A DNA stretch of 40,442 bases from Oscillospiraceae bacterium (GTDB lineage Bacteria > Bacillota > Clostridia > Oscillospirales > Acutalibacteraceae): NCBI GenBank assembly GCA_029007475.1, contig JAQXHW010000014.1, positions 1 to 40,442 of the forward strand, given 5' to 3'. The position numbers were made by a program, and so were the translations under genes. Positions within the stretch are counted from its first letter, which is position 1. Every line of letters begins with the position of its first letter. This document shows, one piece after another, positions 37,401-40,442 of the stretch. The notes under the pieces were generated by a model. That model saw only the letters and a list, made by a program, of their open reading frames with translations. It ran no database searches and was not told where the DNA came from.

Positions 37401-37817
37401 TTTGACGGTCTTACTCTTCCAGAGGCAATTTCGGATAAGGACAGCGTCACCCTCAGGCTCTATGCCACATCTAACGTAACAGTAAGCGGCGGCACCACCG
37501 CTGACGACCCCACAGGCGGCGAGCTTTTAATCAACAATGTTATTATAACAGGAAATCCCCTGGTCTCCGAGCCTGAGTCCACCTCTCCTGAGGTCAAGGA
37601 CTTGATGATAGGTGACGCAGACCTGAACTTAGAGGTTAACATCAAGGACGCAACCCTCATTCAGAAGTTCGTTGCAAGAACTGTCGACTTCAGCGCAGAT
37701 CAGATATTATGTGCTGAGGTCACAGCGAACGACGAGGTTAACATCAAGGATGCAACCGTGATTCAAAAGTTTGTTGCAAATATTCTGAGCGATACCTCTA
37801 TCGGTAAATTCCTCTGA
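34491..37817 (+). CDS. Secreted CotH-family kinase with C-terminal dockerin
   Basis: Signal peptide; IKGRGNTTW..DKKPF, LLAN, YVDGRYMGQY and SPVWDFD motifs; dockerin GDADLNLEVNIKDATLIQK. Confidence 0.88.
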   Translation: MKKTFKKALALLLAILSIAGITAGSFTAAAAEGYKVGDVIYVNYSAIPEWYTERAYTDFGVVDCVLYINFTASTRYDTGEKENVTIGDATARFDPRKVTDKVDDCVYKYIVTEADAGKTTLRFWRGSETLLWNHSVELTYEDFQKGYNTVYVDGYNNGAEAAGSIGTSEYTPYDIEAKLSILPVEGEDKTYTVKVSYASALPVEANYEYEIFINGESVGKVDSYTFTVDGIYTSVKGTVRATDSEGKLLAKGEATDSVTVGGTIANIARDGNLYAHAVVNGGTEADAWTYAEMVNRRYYIFLPSSASETEVELYSTYSSPITIGDTVINPGEVKTFNYKADAKYSVTGGANYTLSFKRSGAEAAVYVNNNGTVDGSLWKFLTADKENYTSCFAAIANADGTIDNTDIKKIKGRGNTTWMADKKPFNLNFNSPVTVGTMQTTKKYSLLANFQDAAMARNRVLYDLGDAVSLRYSSDSRFVDFYVDGRYMGQYQMCQKIEPGADNLVNEMEDDCHIDSNGNYVEEYPLLLEIPNGEDFWTSTDSGFYVTIKSPDVEGNDNLYANEVRNYVKTRFDAMVNAIKTNSENLSDYINIESFAKAYLIQELGKNWDTHSWYLVYVPDENGVYKFEASPVWDFDNSIGNANGVGSDLIQFGVDDYTLPTGWWGKYKTGSNNMTYLCTQNSQIMEAAKTVWFKNFVPALDVYASSANTQKEILSADVYYNSLKDSAEMNYMKWGLLTNSGWVADHGKLTKATFDYETLTYTVDSTATYYDQYTFKGQFDYMTDWLMSRAAWISNEWKEFYVAGEEVPDAPVVETKPEQVPSATVTLPENTLTAFVFDSLGKTEEEKLVEYGDKSGYKATFGEGTLRASVNSNGYRALEWSLMEYGESGLEIVPLMTAGSKNPWGDNPYVEVQLSTKGYEELTISLTSAGSKKCPANWQLAYSLDGVNFTDIDGATYTILAENRKLPTVYFDGLTLPEAISDKDSVTLRLYATSNVTVSGGTTADDPTGGELLINNVIITGNPLVSEPESTSPEVKDLMIGDADLNLEVNIKDATLIQKFVARTVDFSADQILCAEVTANDEVNIKDATVIQKFVANILSDTSIGKFL

Positions 37818-37836
37818 TAATCAATACTGCATAAGA

Positions 37837-37876
37837 AATCCCCGAGCATTTTTATTATGCTCGGGGATTGGTTTTT
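37837..37876 (+). terminator. Intrinsic terminator of the CotH gene
   Basis: 13-bp stem AATCCCCGAGCAT / ATGCTCGGGGATT, then GGTTTTT. Confidence 0.8.
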
Positions 37877-37881
37877 ATTAG

Positions 37882-37997
37882 GGAAGCACTGATTAAATCG
37901 TTTGTGCATATTGCGCCGTCAGATTTTTGGTCAGGCTGACGGAAAATATGCAAGCAAGATGTGCAAAGTCTTCAGATGTGATTTGTTCAGAGGTTCC
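37882..37997. mobile_element. MITE-like element, long copy (116 bp)
   Basis: Same termini as 13398-13453, TTAG on both flanks, internal nested hairpin TGCATATT..CCGTCAG..CTGACGG..AATATGCA. Confidence 0.78.
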
Positions 37998-38020
37998 TTA
38001 GGTTTTAGTATTTTCTGCTT

Positions 38021-40441
38021 TTAGTCGATTAATGGAGTTTTTCTCTCCTCGCCTACCCTAAAACCGGTGTCTATTTGTGCTACAAATTTCTGCACAACCG
38101 TAGCGTCTCTTACGTTTACTTCTCCGTCATCGTTTACGTCTGCCGCAAGATTTTTATAGTAATTATAGCTCTCGATATTTGCTACGAATTTCTGAATATA
38201 CGTTGCGTCCTTTACGTTCACCGTACCGTTTAGGTCGGCGTCGCCCAATTTGTAGTAATAGTATATCTCATCGGGAGTTGAGGCAGTAATAGGTGCTGAG
38301 GTCTCGGCGGCGGTGGTTTCAGCTGAGGTGGTAGGAGTATCCACATCCGAGTAAACGTAGGTTCCGACAAGCCAGGTGCCGCTCTCTGTCATGCTTTCGG
38401 GATAGAAGCCTGCGCCGTCAAAAATTCCCGACTCAATCTTCTCGGTTGTGCCATCAGCGCAAGTGAACATAAGGCCATACACGTCCGCAGGAAGCTCCGC
38501 AGCAAAAATATCCTCGCCGTAGTTATTTGTCCTTACGAAGGTAAGAGGAACATTCTCGATACTGCCGTCATAAATCCAATATCTCACGGTGGGATTTTCC
38601 CAGCCCTGAGAATTGGTAAAGTAGACCTTTACTGTATCCTCATGACTTTCGCTTGTGGCAGGAAGCGAGGTAGTATCGGGAGCCGTAGTCTCGGTTGCGG
38701 GTACGGTAGTTTCGGTTGCAGGTGTGGTAGTTTCAGCCGGATCGGTAAATGCAGTAGTATCGGCAGGTACGGTTGTTTCGGCTGCAGGTGCAGTAGTTTC
38801 AGCCGGGTCAGTAACCGCAGTAGTATCGGCAGGTGCGGTAGTTTCGGCTGCAGGCGCAGTTGTTTCAGCCGGATCGGTAAATGCAGTAGTATCGGCAGAT
38901 ACGGTTGTTTCGGCTGCAGGTACGGTAGTTTCGGCAGGGTCGGTAACCGCAGTCGACTCCATAGGTACAGTAGTCTCTTGAGTTACCGGATTTTCTGTTA
39001 TCGCCTTAATTACAAAAGTACCGCCCATATCATCGTTCATGTAGTTGGAATAGGCGTCCTTGACGTCCATAATTCCCGATGGCAACATCAAATAACTCAT
39101 GTCTCTCTCTACCTGTGGCACGAAAATATAATCACTTCCGTTTGTAAGCCACTCGCAGACGCCTATGGAATTATATGAGGCAGTATTTTGGGTATTAATA
39201 CGAATACCGATAGCACCCTTGCCTGCGGGCACCTCAACATTGTCAAAATCCTCACAGATGTAACCGGTGTAGGTGACAGTTCCCCGGCCGAGAGTTTGCC
39301 ACAAATCGGTATCTGAGGTGGGCTGAGTTTTTGCGTATGGGATATAATACACGGTATAGTCGGCACCTAAAGCCGTGGTTTCAAAGATTACCTTATCGAG
39401 AGTTCTATCCTCCTCGGAGAAGTCAAAGGCATTCATATAAACAATATCATTGTAGTTTCTCAGATAGTTGAATTCGTAAGTAGCTCCGTAAATTTCGTTT
39501 TGATAAATAGCCATTTCTTCGGTTATTTTATCGAATCCGGTTATGGCATAGCTGGGCCCGAAAATTTTATCAAAGAGCCAAACGTCCTCGTAGGAAATAT
39601 AGAAGTAACCTTCGTCGCCTGTATATGCGCCCCAGCTGTTTTTAATAATCCAAGCGCCGTCTTCATTTGGAGTGCCGGAGATACTGCCTGAAAAATTCCC
39701 CTTCGGATAGTTATCGTCCCAGCCCACAACGCTTACAGCGTGACCCATAAGATTTACCGTACTAATGGTTGAGTCGGCACAGTAGTAGTCTCTGTTATTG
39801 CTTAGATATTTTCTATCCGAGTTAAAATTGGCAACTACGGAACCGTACTTGTAAATAAGGAGCTTTATGCTGTCTCTGTCGGCATCATCGTTAAAGTAAG
39901 TAACCGAGGTCGGTGCGTACTGAGGGGTACCCGAAAAGCTGTCAAAATCGCTCTCTGTGCTTTTCTCTGGGAAAGCTTCAATGCTAAACGGGCCCTGACG
40001 GCTCATAAAATATCCTAAGGGAATATACGAGAAGCCTGCGCTGCCTGAGTTTCTCTGCCAGCCTGTGCCGTCCTCGTTTATGGTTCCCCAAATGTTCATG
40101 TGCTGAGCAGAATAGACGTCTGTCGCTATGTTGTTCTTTAGCAGCAAGGTCTCGAAAGATGCAAGAGAGCCAAAGGCCCAACAGGTTTCGTTTTGCTGAC
40201 GTCTTACGGGAGTAGTAAAGCCTTCCTCCCTTGAGCTGTATCTCGCAGGCAAATCCACACCAATCGGGGCAAGCTTTACCCCTGATGGTATATTACTTGA
40301 AACAGGCAAAATGCCCTGCTTGGGAGCAAAAAATATCTCCTCACTCTCAGCAGAAACCGAAGAAAAAGCCAAAGAGGATACAAGGAGCACCCCGGCAAGT
40401 AAAAAGGAAACTATTTTTCTTTTCATCTTCATAGTAAGCAC
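38021..40441 (-). CDS. Secreted papain-family (C1) cysteine peptidase with lectin-like domain, Thr-rich repeats, CBM26-like module and dockerin (start at the window edge, probably ATG 40432 or 40426)
   Basis: QQNETCWAF, GHAVSVVGWDD and WIIKNSWG catalytic motifs; VYFTNSQGW...RYW; dockerin GDADLNGTVNVKDAT.IQK. Confidence 0.88.
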   Translation of the reverse strand: MLTMKMKRKIVSFLLAGVLLVSSLAFSSVSAESEEIFFAPKQGILPVSSNIPSGVKLAPIGVDLPARYSSREEGFTTPVRRQQNETCWAFGSLASFETLLLKNNIATDVYSAQHMNIWGTINEDGTGWQRNSGSAGFSYIPLGYFMSRQGPFSIEAFPEKSTESDFDSFSGTPQYAPTSVTYFNDDADRDSIKLLIYKYGSVVANFNSDRKYLSNNRDYYCADSTISTVNLMGHAVSVVGWDDNYPKGNFSGSISGTPNEDGAWIIKNSWGAYTGDEGYFYISYEDVWLFDKIFGPSYAITGFDKITEEMAIYQNEIYGATYEFNYLRNYNDIVYMNAFDFSEEDRTLDKVIFETTALGADYTVYYIPYAKTQPTSDTDLWQTLGRGTVTYTGYICEDFDNVEVPAGKGAIGIRINTQNTASYNSIGVCEWLTNGSDYIFVPQVERDMSYLMLPSGIMDVKDAYSNYMNDDMGGTFVIKAITENPVTQETTVPMESTAVTDPAETTVPAAETTVSADTTAFTDPAETTAPAAETTAPADTTAVTDPAETTAPAAETTVPADTTAFTDPAETTTPATETTVPATETTAPDTTSLPATSESHEDTVKVYFTNSQGWENPTVRYWIYDGSIENVPLTFVRTNNYGEDIFAAELPADVYGLMFTCADGTTEKIESGIFDGAGFYPESMTESGTWLVGTYVYSDVDTPTTSAETTAAETSAPITASTPDEIYYYYKLGDADLNGTVNVKDATYIQKFVANIESYNYYKNLAADVNDDGEVNVRDATVVQKFVAQIDTGFRVGEERKTPLID
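38690..38955 (-). repeat. 66-bp (22-aa) intragenic tandem repeat, about 4 copies
   Basis: TA(V/F)TDPAETT(V/A)PAAETT(V/A)(S/P)ADT; matching anchor positions at 38739, 38805, 38871 and 38937. Confidence 0.9.
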
Positions 40442-40442
40442 C

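Overview
Chromosomal window from a spore-forming clostridial firmicute, most likely a Ruminococcus bromii-like Oscillospiraceae/Acutalibacteraceae (inferred from dockerins, CBM26-like modules, class B sortases and YtvI). Housekeeping genes are thiI (partial), upp-uraA, an NCS2 permease, hpt, a carD-like gene, phoB/phoR-like genes with a Pho-box-preceded Na/Pi cotransporter, aroK, pgk-tpiA-gpmI, trmL, luxS, oadB/oadG and an EF-G paralog. Interspersed are four secreted dockerin proteins (an (alpha/alpha)6 glycoside hydrolase, an LRR protein, a CotH kinase, a C1 protease), two paralogous class B sortases and two cell-wall hydrolases. No rRNA, tRNA, CRISPR array, transposase or phage gene was seen. 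The most notable signals are four: (1) a class B sortase fused to a cytoplasmic degenerate CinA/MoCF-like domain, followed by a stand-alone second degenerate copy; (2) an EF-G paralog with G1, G3 and G4 GTPase motifs all altered; (3) a ~280-bp mirror-symmetric hairpin array sitting inside a split terminator; (4) two TTAG-flanked MITE-like elements, one upstream of the phoB start codon. All domain calls come from motif reading, not database searches.
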